A stretch of DNA of 64,000 nt, from NCBI GenBank assembly GCA_001724265.1, contig MEDY01000015.1, positions 62,001-126,000 of the forward strand, in the 5' to 3' direction. Shown here piece after piece: positions 11,801 through 25,300 of this stretch; the first letter of the stretch is position 1; every line of letters begins with the position of its first letter. Both the position numbers and the translations under genes were made by a program. The notes below the pieces were generated by a model, which ran no database searches, was not told the DNA's origin, and saw only the letters and a list, made by a program, of their open reading frames with translations. The stretch is from Rhizaria sp. SCN 62-66. Taxonomy: Eukaryota.

Positions 11801-11913
11801 CGGCCTGCATCGACTGCGGTCTCGGCGTCGAGGACGAGGTGACGGCTGATGTGGAGCCGCTGTTCGCCGCGGCCGAGAAGGCCGAGGCTGCTGCGGAGCA
11901 GAACGAGGACTGA
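8848..11913 (+). CDS. MKT1: MKT1-like post-transcriptional regulator (inactive XPG/PIN-like fold); exons 8848-9756, 9931-11913; ~963 aa
   Basis: N-terminus IRGINGWL...MGIDAIRF...DPWAEAIG, plus ITPVFVFPG, APHRVAAQLAWL and FVHACLLAG...TFP, match the MKT1/XPG_I_2 pattern with nuclease acidic residues replaced. Intron 9757-9930 (GTATGT...CAG) is phase 0. Stop TGA. Confidence 0.7.
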
Positions 11914-12710
11914 GCATGAAAGATCATGATCTAAACGGTATATTCATGTTCAGAACTGGCCTGATGCTGCACTGTATTGCTTCATGCGTGCCTTGGCGGG
12001 GCCTGGTGTTAATATTAGTCATGTTTGCTACATATTCATTTGACATCGTTGATATAGCGGAGTTAATATTAGTATTTTTCTTATCTTCCCAACAATAAAA
12101 CAAACAATATTATACGTGTCGCCTTTTTGTAGCTCGTCAGTGACCTTGTTTGTAGATGTAGAATCAAGTTGAGGTACTGTGTATTCTTGTTGTTGCTCTT
12201 TGGAAACGTGTAGCGGGCTAATAGATATGTTGTCAAAATCAATCAAATGTTGCATGAAGAATAAGATTGTTGTTACGTTACTGAAAATAGGTATTCAGAG
12301 CGGCCTTGTGCGAAAGCATTGCGTACACAAGTCTCAGAGGTGGGAAAGTTCTTCAGTTCACTGAAAGCACATGTTGAGGATGAAAGTCGCTTTGAGTTTG
12401 GCGGGATACTATGAAATAAATTGGATCACGGAGTGTCACAATAAAAAAAAAAGAGCATGTCAACAGTAAAGTTACACGCATGTGTCAGCACAAATGCGTT
12501 GATGGAAACTCAACATTTTGTTTAAGGTATGCACTGATAGAAAACGGAAAAACAAAACAAAAAGAAAACGACATACAAAAACACTAGAACGATACGATGA
12601 ACGTTCTCATTCTAAAAAAAGTTTTGCACGCATACACAGCTGTACTTGCACAAAACATGAACTAAATAAACAAATGTTAAGATGCAACTCAGTGAAGCAC
12701 AGATATGACT

Positions 12711-15700
12711 TTACATCCCACTGTCATCGTCTCTATCCTCACACGCGCTGAGTGTGTCGCCCAGCCCTCCCCCTGCGGCCACCGCGGCCACCGCCGCCGC
12801 CACCGCTGCGGCTGACAGCGGCGCCGCACCGTCGCAAACGACCACAGCGCCCCCGGCGGCGCACGCGGCGGCGGCGGCGTTGACTGCGGCGGCGGACGCG
12901 GTGATCGATGGCCGCCCCCACTGCGACATCGGCGTCACGCGCGCAAGCGGGGTGAAGCCCTCGGAGACGGCCCCATTTGCGGAGATATCAAGCCCGCCAA
13001 GAGTGAGGCTGAGGCCAGCGCCCTCGAAGAAGGAGTCGTCACCTCCATCATCGTCGTCGTTGCCCAAGCAGTGGCCAGAGCCCCTTTGCCCACGGCCGTG
13101 GGTGTCATAATCGCCACCCACAGTTACGGTGGCAGCGCCGCGGACGACGGCGCCGTTGAACGACGTCGTTGACTCTGATTTTACACTGGCGTCGCAAGCG
13201 TCCGTCGCGACAGCAGCAGTGACAGTGCCATTGTCGTTGTTGTTGTTGCTGTTATTCAGAGCAGCTCTCGGCATAGCACTGGAGATGTGGGCAAGCGACG
13301 TGTGATCGTGCGCGTTCGCTGCCGCAGCTGCAGCCATAAAGGCTGAGCTAGAACTTGTGTTAAGAGGATTGAAGACATCACCACCGTCGTTGTTGTCGGC
13401 ATCGTCAGCGTCAGCAAGAGCGCCAGTGGGAGGAGCCTGACTCTGCGACAACGGTTGCGACTGTGCCTATGACTGTGAGAGCGACTGGGAGAGCGACTGG
13501 GACTGAGTTGGAGACCCAAACTGGGATGGAAGCTGCTGCGACAGATTCTGTGACGGATATGAGACAGACAACTGCTGCTGGTGCTGGTGCTGCTGTTGCA
13601 TTTGTTGCTGCATGTGTTGCTGCTGCTGTTGCTGTTGCACCGCAAGCTGTTGCTGTTGCTGGTGAAGCTGATACTGCAGTTGCTGCTGATGCTGCTGCAT
13701 CTGCTGCGCTTGCGCCTGCGCCTGCGCTTGCGCCTGCGCTTGCGCCATCGCATGCATCTGTGCGCTCGTGTAGTATTGCTGTCCGTTCACAGACGACGTC
13801 GCCGCCGCAGCGGGCGCGGCGGCGACGGTCCTGCTGCCGCCGCCGGAGAGACGCTCCTGCGTCTGCGCCTGCCATAGCTGCAGCTCAGCGCGCTGCTGCG
13901 CCGCCATGCGTTGCATCGCGGCCGTCGCGGCGACTGTGGGCATCGATGCGGTGACCGCGGCCTGTGTCATCCCGGCGATGATCACACCGCTGCCGTTGCC
14001 GCTGCCGTTGCCGCTGCCGTTGCCGCTGCCGTTGCCGTTCATTCCGGCATTGGTGGCGTTGGCCCGCGAGAGCTCGACGTCCGCGTTCATCGCATGCGCG
14101 CCGTTAGACGCGTTCATCCCGAGAGATGACGAGTTGGCAGCATTCGCGCTGGCATAGGCAGCAGCATTCGCCGCAGCCGCCATGTCGCCCGGCAGCATGT
14201 GGTTGTGCGGGCCGCCAGCGGTGATCGACTGTGGCGGCTGCAAGCCGTGCTGCAGCAGCAAGTTGCGCGCGACCTGCGCCTCATTCTCCAGTGTGTTGAC
14301 ACGGGAACGCAGACGCTGGTTCAGTGCGTAGAACTGAGTGATGACTGAGATGGCGTTTTGCAGTACCATGACCTGCGTGCGCTGCGGCGGCAGAGGCACG
14401 TTCGCATTGCCCAGCGCTTCCGCAAGCGACTCGAAGAGCTGGTTGTTGTAGTCACGGCGTTCCTTTTCGCGCTGGTTACGCTTGCGGCGCATGGCGTCCT
14501 CGAGATCAGCGCTGCGAATGCTCGGCGGGAGGTGTCCCATCGCGTTCAAACCGACGCCGTTACCGTTGATGCCGTTGTGGCCCGACATGTTGGGCGTGCC
14601 CGGCGACGCGGCCATGTGCGGCGAGTACCCGGGAGACGACGCACCGGCTGACAGCACCAAGGTGCCTGGCCGCTTGCCCGCGACCGGCAGTGGCGGGATG
14701 CCCGGGGACCGGTGCGCAGTGGCCGTGGAGTTATACATACCGGGTGGCACCATGACAGGCTTGCCGTAGAGCGGCGCGGGGACGGGGGCCCAGCCACCCG
14801 CGCCGGTGCTGGGAAGCCCGGCCGCGGCGGGGTACGCACCCGCGTGGTGCTGCTGTGCGGCGTTGTGCGCAGGAGCCATGCGGAAAGAAGACGCGAGCTC
14901 GGGGCGGCGGAACATGTTGTCCTGGCTGCCTAAGGGGGTACGGTCGACTAAGTACCCGCCGGGGCCCGCGATCACAGTCGCGTCGTTGCTGTTGCCGTTG
15001 ACATTGTTACCATTGCTGTTGTTGTTGATGCCTCTGTTCGCTGCGTTGACGTTGGCCCCGTTGCTGTTGACCGTGGTCGCAGGGGACTGGGCCGCAGTCG
15101 TGGGCACTGAGCCGCTCGGGGTCGCGGGCACTGCGCCAGAACCAGCGGCAGCGCGGGCAGCGGCGGCAGCGGTGGGTGACTCCGCACCAGTAAACTCACC
15201 AGGCTCAGCGCCGTTGATATTAAGCATGTTCAACTTACCGTTTCCGTTGCCATTTGAGTGCGACGATAAGCCCATGGATGATGACGTAGCTGCGTTCGGC
15301 GATGGCTGGCCATCGTTCATGCCGATGACGCCGCCATTGCCACTACTCTGCTGCTGGAGCTGCTGCTGCTGCAACTGTTGCTGCTGCTGCTCCTGCGGAG
15401 AGTTAGAGGCAGGTGCTTGCGTAACGAGTAGGTGCATAGGCACGTAAAACACACGGCCGTCGGCCGCAGTCATCTGGACCAGACCACCGCTACCATTGCC
15501 ATTCACATCGCCGTTGTTGCTGTTATGGGTGTTGTTCTCCCCGAGCGCCATAGCAGGGACACTGCCGGGGCCGGAGCCCGCGCCCGCGGCTGGCGACGGG
15601 GCGACCGATGAGCTCATTATGACACCGGCACTGGCGGATTGTGACTGCGGAATCGGCGCCGGCCAGACGAACACGTTGCTGTTAGTACTGTTGTTGCCGT

Positions 15701-18392
15701 TGCTTGTGTCGGCTCTGGGCACGGTAGACAGCTGTGCGCCGCTGTTCACACTGGCACTGGCGCTCACTTGTGCGTGCGTGTGACTGAGAGCGGCCGTCGG
15801 GCTCGTCCCCTGCGACGCCGTGTTCCCGGGTCCGTTGTTCCCAGTGCCGTTCACAGTTGTGGTGTAGTGGAAGCCGTGCAAGTTGGGCGTGGCAGAACCC
15901 GACTGGTACTGCATCTGCATCTGTACCTGCTGCTGTTGCTGGCGCACCTGCTGCTGCTGCTGCTGGTACTGATGCTGCTGCGTTGTGTACTGCAGCGTGT
16001 AACCGCCGTACGAGGGCCCGCCGGTGTGGTGCGCAGAAGCAGGCCTGCGGGGGACGGTCGACACACCGTGCACGTGCTCGTAGTAACCGTTGCTCCCGCC
16101 GGCGGCGGCAGCGGCAGCAGCGGCGGCGGCGGCGGCGGCAGCGGTTTCAGCGTCCGGGTAGTAGCCACCGGTCTGCTGATACACCTGATAATGCTGCTGC
16201 TGTTGTTGCTGATGCTGATGTGGTTGCGCGTGTTGCTGGTGCTGCAGCTGCTGCGACGGCGATTTTGAGTAGGCCGAGTTGTTGTTATACTGCGGCGGAT
16301 TTAGCTGATGCAGCGGGTCCTGCTGCTGCTCAATTTGCGCCATCAACCGCTGGTGGTACAGCTGCTGCTGCTGCGATGGACCCATGCCCGCCCCACTGCC
16401 GCCTGCGGCAGCGTTCGGGTTCAGTCCAGGCGTGCTGCCGCCGCCGCCGCCTGCGCCATCGCCGGTCACCGCGGTGCCGGCCATGACGGCGCCGCCCCAC
16501 ACGCCGGAGCCCGTGGCGCCGGACGCCGCGGAGGCCGGGCGCGAGTCAATACTCATCGTGCGGCGGCGCTTTTCCGCGCCGTTGGCGCTCATGCCATCAT
16601 TGCCGTCAGCCGCGGCCGCGACGACGCCGGGGTCGACGCCCGAGGCCGTGAAGGACTGCGAGAGCGTTTGCGAGTCGTGGAACGAGCCACCGGACGCGCC
16701 GTAGGGCATAGAGGTACTGGCGGTGTGAGGACCGTGGCCGTGGCCGAGGGGTTGAGGGAGGGCACGTGTGAACACAGGCTGCGCGTAGCCCTGACTTGGG
16801 CTCGGGTAACTTGTGTTGCTCACAGTCGCCGCGCCCTGAGGATACGCATACCCGCCCTGCTGCTGTTGCTGCTGTTGCTGTTGTTGCATGTAACTGTGGG
16901 TCGAAGGCGGCGTGGGCGTCACTGAGGAGGCGCGGTAGCCTGTCGTGGCGGAGTGGGGCAATGGCATAGTTGCCATCTGTTGCTGCTGTTGCTGTTGATA
17001 CTGATAACTTTGTTGTTGCTGCAGCTGCTCTGCTGTGAAAGCTGCATTTGCGGGCTGTGGTGCAGCATACGAAGCATACGGTGAAGCATCGCCCATATTA
17101 TGGCTATTCCCGGGAGCATATGAATGTTGCTGCTGCTGTTGTTGCTGCTGCTGCGGCTGCGGGTGTACCGCACTGCCGTAGTGGCCGTTCGAGGCTCCAG
17201 AAGCGACGGACGTGCTTGACTGAGCCCGCGCCATCAGCAGCTGACCCACAGGCACCGCAGAGGACGGGGCCGGCGCCAGAGTGCTGCCGTGAGCGAGTAC
17301 ACCGTTAGCGACTGCGCCACCGTTTGCAGGCTGCGGGTACGCGTGTGACGACGCGGCCAAGTCGATATCAGACAAAGCGGGGTACATATACGTCCCGTTA
17401 GCGAGGTTTGATCCCGCTACTGCAGCTCCATTCGCGTTTATGTGAGAGCTCGAGCTGGAGCTGGAGCTCGTGTACGAGTGTAGAGCCGTCAGCACTGACG
17501 CGGCGCCGGCAGCAAGTGGAGCACCCGCCGCCGCCGCGGCCGTCGCCATGCCGCTGCTGCTATACGCAAGCGCGGTCCCTGGCGCGGGGACTGAGGCCGA
17601 GGCGGTGGGCGCGGCTGCTATGTGCATTGACACACCGACAGTGTAGCTGACGTCCACTGCTCCATTGGCGGGAACGACGCCGCTGTTGCTGTTGCTGGTG
17701 GCGGGCAGCTGCAGCGCAAGCAGGTCGCCCGGCGCGTAGCCGCGCTGCATGGCCGAGCCGGAGCGTTTGCGGTGCGACAGCGCCGGCGTGTCGGGCGCGG
17801 AGGGCGTGTGTAACCGCGAGCCGGCGAAGGGGGACGCGGCCGACGGGGACGGGAGCAGAGAGGACTGAGTCATGGCGCCGTTCAGAGGCTGGCCGGCGAC
17901 CGGCCCGGCAATGGCCGATGACGAGACACCGTTTGCACCTGTGATGTCACTGGCGTAGGCGGCTGAGCTAGGACCGGAGTAACTGCCAACGGCCGCGGCC
18001 GCGGCAGCAGCAGCGGAGGCGGCGGCGGTGGCAGCGGAGGCGTCAGCGCTTGTGTGAGGGTGCGTGCTCGCATTAGTGGCTGCGTACATGGTCGTATTGG
18101 CGTTCATCGAGTCAGGTGGGGTCTGCGAGAACGACATCGAGTGCGGCAGTGACAGCTGCTGCAACAGTGTCCCCTGCTGCAGCGCGGAGGCGGAGGCGAC
18201 GGGGCCAGAGACTACGGCGCCCGCAGCCGCGTTGGCTGCGGTCGGGGAGAGCACGACTGGCAACGGGTGGTCATCCGCGTCCGTGATCGCAGCCACGTGG
18301 TGTGTCGCAGAGCTAGAGCTCACAGTGACGGAGGACTGTGCGGGGCGCGAGCCGTCTTGCGAGGCGCTGCGGCGCCGCGGGACAGAGCTCAT
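12711..18392 (-). CDS. Giant polyQ-rich bHLH-ZIP transcription factor; 1641 aa to the TAG at 13469-13467, or 1893 aa if TAG is decoded (final TAA 12713-12711)
   Basis: bHLH-ZIP at ~14500-14255: MRRKRNQREKERRDYNNQLFESLAEAL...TQVMVLQNAISVITQFYALNQRLRSRVNTLENEAQVARNLL. The rest is Q/A/N/G/S low-complexity sequence. The same frame stays open for 251 codons after the TAG. Confidence 0.75.
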
Positions 18393-19390
18393 GAGCTCTA
18401 TTCACTGCGCAAACGAAGACGCGCGCAAGTGCCTGCAGTGAGCAACTACGGAGAAGAGCCACCCAGAGCGGGGAGTGCCGGACAGAGCGCTGACGCGTTT
18501 ATAGAGAGCAAACACTGATACCGGGTCTCGCTCCCCAAACACACAGACGTGAAGGAGTGCACTGTCGGGTGTACGGGCTTAACGCAGTGCAAGACTGGTC
18601 TAAGCTGTAGAGTCCGGGTGAAAGTTAGCAGAAAGCAATGCAACGATGCCAAGGGAAGGCTCGTGCGTGCCGTCTGCTGGGGTCTGTGCAGGGGCAAGTG
18701 ATGGCGGGAGTGGGGCAAGGAGCGGATAGCGAACGCAAAAATGGTCGTTATGAAGTATAATACAGAAGCTAGTGGGTTAATAATCCGCATTGTTTGTTAG
18801 AAAACATATGATATAGCAATGAGCCGGCGCTAGCAGAGCCGTATCATGCGTTTCTTTTGAACGTGAGATCAATAAAGAAAGTGGCGGGTGCCTGCCGTTG
18901 TTGTATGTGGTCACCCGAACTGAGGCTCGTGCAGTGAGCCAGGGAAATCATATAACGCAGTTACGACAACGCAGATGTAATGCACATGTCATGGAAAACA
19001 CTAGTTAAAGTGTGTGTGCGTCTCCCACGACAAGAAGCACTCGAAGTTAGTGTCTCTAATGTCGGCCACAAACCGAATTGTGCCGACGAAGTTTTTTCGG
19101 AACCCCGGCCGGCCGGCTATTACGATGATCGTCAGCAAGCAAGTCTTTGGGGGGATCTACGTCGATGGATTTCACATTATAATCACCACAGATGAAGGTT
19201 TCGTACAATTCACCGACGGTCGTTGTATGTTAATATGTATATCCGTTGGTGTTTGCTCTATAAGTTCCTTTTATTCTCATCTTATCGTTCACTTTGATAT
19301 CTCCGCAGCCCCAGCTTTACAAGCGCGCCCTTCGTTGACCCAGCTCGGCTTAACCACTTCAGCAAAGCATATTTTTTGCCAGTACGTGTC

Positions 19391-22300
19391 ATGAGCGCGT
19401 CTCGCACTCACGTTCATGGCTCTGGCCGCGGTCTCGCCCACCATATCCTTACTTTCGCGACGGCCGCGGTCACTCTCGCATCCGCCGCCTCTCCCCATCC
19501 AGCTGCAACAGCACCTCTGTCTACGACGCACAGTTCCAACGCCGCTGCATCTCATGTAGTTAGCCACGCCACTACTGCTTCGCACGCTGCCGTTTCCGCT
19601 GCGGCCCGCATCCCTCTTGCAGCCGCCGGCGACGATGATTTCGACGACTTCGACGTGTCCGCGCCCGGCAGGAGCAATCTGTGGTCCGTCGCTCCCTCCA
19701 GCACTGCCACCCGTGCAACCGTGACGACGCGCGGATTTTCCCTTGACGACATCGCCGGCGACGACAATAGCGCGGATGATGACGACGACACAGCTGCCGT
19801 TGAGCAGCCCGCTGAGGGCGAGAGCAAAATGATCTGGCGCGGCCGCGACGCCTTCACCAACACCAACGTCAACAAGCGTAAGCTGACTCTGAACGGCGGC
19901 GACGATGACGACGACGACGACGACGAAGACGATGATGGCGACGACGGCGATGATAGTGAGGCAGTAATCACCGCAAACCCGGCTGCCGCTGACTCTAACG
20001 ATGTCTCCGTTGAGTATAACGATGCCGATGCCGACAGTGATGGTGACCGGCCGACTCTGATGCGCCAGCCTGCGGTGCCGCCCGCGCTTTCGCGCGGCTG
20101 GGGCGCCCCCACAGTCATTGACACCGTCTCTAGCAGCCCTAACGATGATGACGGCGATGGCTTCTCCAACGACGGTCGCTTTGTTGCGGCCACAAATGAC
20201 GACGTGGACAACACAGTCGCTCTCGGCGGGACCCCCGACTTTGCCGACGACGACGCCGCCGCGACTGAGCCCACATTCACTTCCCTGTCACGCACTGACC
20301 GGATCCGAAGCCCCGACGCCGTGGCCGCCGCGGCCGACTCCGCGGCCCGGAGTGCGGTCGACTACAGCGACATCGCGGACCTGTGGGCAACGATCGCCAG
20401 CAGCGACAGCACAGACCGCAACAGCAACAGCAATAGTAACAGCAACAGTGACAGCAACACAAACGTGATCAGTAACGCCCATACTGTGACTGAGTCAAGT
20501 GTTTATGTGGACGCTAAGGAGAGCACTGATGTGGACTCTGACCGTGAGCTCACTCGCGAGCCTGAAGTTAAGCCGCCGGCTGTGATCGCTGAGTCTGATG
20601 ATGAAGTAACGCCTGCTGCTGAGGTTAAGCCCGCCGTGCTCACCGAAGTCAAGCCGCCGCCCTCTGGCGCTTTGGGTACTGATGACGACGACGTGGACGC
20701 GCTGGCTGCAGCGCTTGCCCGCGCCCACACAGACAACGCGGCGGATGCCGACGAGGCGTTTGATTTCGACAGCGTGACACCAGCAGCTCCGGTCATCACC
20801 ACCACACACACTGTGTCGACGGCGAATACTATTACTGACAAGGCTCTGGAGAACACTCATGTTCCCGGTGGTGATGGCGCAGGCAGTGCCCCCCAGTTCA
20901 CCGATGTCGCGTCCGTGCTGAGCGGGTACAGTGAGGCTGAGTTGCTGGCGCTTATCGGCGCCGCCGCCAAGGCTGACCACGACAACAACAACCAGAACAC
21001 TGTTCCCAATGTCCACGGTGACAAGAACTCTGCCAGTGCGTCTGCTATTGAGGCGTCCAGCGTTGAGACTTTGAGTAAGCATACTGAGACTGAGACTGAG
21101 ACGGAAGCTCAGACGAAGCCGGTGACTGTCTCCAATGACGTGTTTACTGACGCATTTCCGGCCACCCGTACTGCTGCAGACGTTGCCGACGTCACCACTC
21201 CAGCGACGAGTGACCGTGATCAGACCGAGAGCGTGCCCCCCAGTGACCGCGAGAATGACCGTGAGAGTGACCGTGAGTCGCTCTCCCAGGTGACCATCAG
21301 CCCCTCTGAGGTCGTCACCGGTCTGCGCGCTGCCGCGGCCGCTGAGGGTGCGCCGAGTCTGCGCATGCCGCCCGCAGAGGACGACATCATAGCTCATGCT
21401 AACGGTGTTTCTGACGCGAGCACGCCGAACACGGGCGCTCATGATGATGCTGAGACGAAGAAGGACACGAGCTCTGTTGCACACGCCCATGCTACCTCCG
21501 CTGGCGCTGCTACAGCTGGGTCCGAGTCTGATCTGAAGAGTGTCAAGGATGACAGAGCGGTTTTTTTGCCCCCCGGGCTCGGGCTCGACGGCCTCATCAC
21601 GGACATCGACACCCTCCTCGCCTCCCCCCACAACCCGTCCATCGACCCCGCTACTCTCGCCAACATCGACAAGAGCTCCGGCTCGACTGGGACTGGTCCT
21701 GCTGCTAATGACGGCGAGATCGAGTTCCTACCCGAGTCAGGCTCCTCTTCGAGCTCCGGCGCGGGCGCTGGCGCTGGCACTGGGACCAAGGGTAACGGTA
21801 AGGAGATGACTGTGGTCACCCCCGGTTTCGACTCTGTCGACACGGAAGGCCTCGTCGCCCCAGTCATCCTCGAGCCCGCTCCCGACGCGACGGCCGCAAC
21901 GACGGCCTCCGCCAGTGAGGACGCTGCTGCTGTTGCTGTTCTCGAGACCGGCGGTGCGACGGCGCCCGGCAGCGACCGTGACAGTGCCAACGCCGCTGGG
22001 GCGACGGACGCCGCTGGGGCCACGGCCACGGTCACGGTGGTCCGCGGCTTCGGCTCCACCCCGATCGACGATCTCACGGGGACGCGCGCCGCGCTCCAGG
22101 GCATCGATCCCGCCGCTGCCGCCGCCGCTGCCGCGGGCGCGGAGACCAAGTCCGTGGTGACGGTGGTGGCGAAGCTTCCGCCGCTGCCCGACGACATGGT
22201 CGTCGAGGGCGCAGTGCCTGCTGCCGCGGACAGCGGAACAGAGGGCACTGTGTTCAGCTCCGACAGCGCTGCCTACGCGGCCATGACCGGCTCGACCAGC

Positions 22301-25300
22301 CCTTCGCCGAGAGTGAACCCGTACGCTGAGATCGCCGACGCCGCCGCCAAGTCCAAGACCACCGCGGACGCCGGCGCTGGTGACGCTGACTCTGGCCGTC
22401 GTGGACCCGACTCTGCGGCCGTTAACGCGCCCCCTCATCATAGCAGTGACGGCGGCATTGTTGAGAGCAACGGTGGCAGTAATATTGACAGTGGGTCCAA
22501 GATGGAGTTCACTGAGGATCCCGTCGCAGTCACTGTGGGCGACACAGTTACTGCTCATGATGACAAGGAGTCAGAGACTGAGACTGCGCCTGACACCGTC
22601 TCTGAGCCTGCTGAGAAGCCCGACGACTCTAACGCTGACGCAGACACTAGCGCTGCCACTGCGACGGAGACTGCGACTGAGACTGAGACTGTCGGCGGGA
22701 CGGAAAGGACGCCGATTTCCTCTGAGGACATCTTGCCTGACCCTGTGACTGAGACGGATCCTACCCCGGAGCCCATCAACCCTCCGCAGCCGATGCCGGA
22801 TGTGACTGAGCCCCCGTCTGGCGTTAAGCCCGACCGATCCACCACGGAGACCGAGTCCGAGCCTCAGCCTGAACCTACGCCTGAGACTGAGACGGAGCCC
22901 GCTGTCCCCGAGTCCACGCCTGAGCCTGAGCCTGAGCCAGTCACTCCGACTCCGGAGCCTGAGCCCGCGTTCACTGGGCCTGAGCCTGTGCTTGAGCCAG
23001 TGGCCGAGCCTGAACCTGTTGTCGAGCCCATCACTCTCGCTCCCGTCAACCTCGGCGCCTCTGAGCCTGCTCCCGCGGTCCCCGAGCCGACCATGCCGAT
23101 CATCACACCGCCCCCCACTCCCACCACGCCCTCTGGCACCGGCACTACCACTGGCGCTGGCGCTGGCGCTGATGGGAATGGCAACACAGAGGTTGACCCC
23201 GCTACGGACACCGGCGTGGTCTCGACCGTCACCGCGACTCTGTCTAACTACACAGGGCCCAACGCGTCGCGCTTCCCGCTCATGCCGCTGCTGCTCGTCG
23301 CCGCGGCCGCCGCGCTGCTACTGCGGTTGTTGCGGTCACGCGGCGACAGTGACGGCGGCGGCGGCAGCGGCAGCGGCAACGGGTTCAGCTCGCTGTCGTC
23401 CGCTGACGGCGACGGCGACGGCGACGGTGACGGTGACAACGACCATGACGACACTGACATCGAGTCCCGCGGCTCGCTTGGCAACAACGGTAAGACTAAG
23501 AGTGGGTATGGCTACGTGGGCGCCACTGCTGCTGACGCGGACGACACTGACACCGGCCTCTCTCCCGTTGGCGCGCAATCTAAGGGTGCGTCGGCGTCTA
23601 AGGGTGGCGAGATCCAGCTCACAGTCATGAACTCGTCCTCTATCGCATCCCTCAAAACTCCTGCTAAGCCCGCGAATGCTGCCGCTGCTGCTGCTAACAG
23701 CGGTAACAACACCAACACACCGGGCTCTGCATCTGTCGCGCGCGCCGCAGCGCTCGGCCTCAAGCCCGTCTCCGCTGCCACCCGCGGCGCCGGTGCTAAT
23801 ATCAATGCCAGTGCTGCTGCAACCGCTGCGCCGCTGTTCTCGCTCGCTGCGCCTGTCGGCGACACAGTCTCGTTCCCCGGTCACACCGCCGCTGCGAAGC
23901 CCGCTGCCGCCGCCATGAACGCTGGCGGCGCGAATGCAGCGGCGGCAAACAGTGACGTGTGGGCATCGTGGGGCACTGCTGCGGCCGCCTCCGCGCCCGC
24001 CGCGGCGGCTGTTGCTGCACCGGCGTCGAATGCAACGGCCGCGAGTGGGTGGGACGACTGGGCGTCTGACTTGGCCGACGGCGACCCCGCTGAGACCCTC
24101 GGCAGTGGCACCGCGAACAACAACAGTGCGGCTGCTGCGGCTGCGTTGTTCTCGTTCCCTGCCCCGCCGAGCAGCAGCAACAACAACATTCATTTCGCTG
24201 CGACCAACATCGCAAACGGCAACCAGACTGCGAGCGCGCCGCTGAACATCTCGTTCCCGCTGCCAGCGCCCGCTGCGGCCGCCGCTGTGGGGTTTGATTT
24301 CCCGATCCTGACACCGTCGTCGTCCTCGCCGTCTGCTTCGTCACACGCTCCCGCTGCTCTTCGCAACGGCAACAACGCTGCGATTGCGGGCCATGTGTGG
24401 GGCGCTCCAAGCGCGAGTGCAAGTGCGGACCCGTGGGCTGTGTCCCCGCCTGCGCCCACGGCGACCACCGAGGCACACATGACCGCGGGTGCCGCGAATA
24501 CCAACGGTACCGGTGGTAGTACCAGTGCCTGGGGTGACTTCGACTTCGACATGAACATGAACAACAACACCGCCAACAGCAGCAACAGCGCGGCTCCAGT
24601 TGTCAGCAACACAGCTGTGCCGCAGCCGCATAAGCCCGAAGTGTCTGTGCCCGTCATCACCGCGACCGCGCCCTTTGCGGACGCGGAGGCCGACGCCGCG
24701 CTCGCAGCCGACTTCAGCTCCGCCTTTGCGTTCCCTTCCTCTCACGGCACCAATGTGGGCAGCGCGAACTCTGCGGTCGACGACGGCTTCGCTGCCGTCA
24801 CGACCGCGCCGGCTGCCGATCTCATGCCTGCGAACCAGATCAACAACGCCAGCAGCAGTCATGACCCCTTTGCGATGGCGTTCAACCCCTTCGACACGCA
24901 TGTCAGCTCATCGACTCCCGCCACTGCCGCGAATACCAAGCCCGCTCCTGCACCTGTAGCCATCCCGGCCCCCAAGACGGTCCCCGCTCCTGTCGCAGTC
25001 GCTGCTGCGGCGCCCGTGGCCCTCAGCACCAGCGCCAGCGGCAGCAGCCCTGACAGCACCGACACGGGCGCTCACAGCCCCGTTCCTGCCGCTGGTCTCT
25101 CCGTCTCCGCTGCGGATTTTGCTGCGCAACAGGCGGTGAACAACAACGGAGCGCCTCGCACGATGAGCAGCGCCAGCGTCGTTGGCTCTGGCAGTGGCTT
25201 CAGTCATTTCACGCCGGTCAGCTCTACGCACTCACCGTTTCCCGCCGAAAACCACTCGAGCAACAACGCTGCCGCCGGCGCCGGCGCCGCCACCGCGTTC

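Noticed and set aside
12711-13451. Separate 246-aa gene downstream of the bHLH gene
   Set aside because: It starts at TTG, is in frame with the bHLH ORF 15 nt after its TAG and has no intergenic spacer, so it is treated as a continuation.
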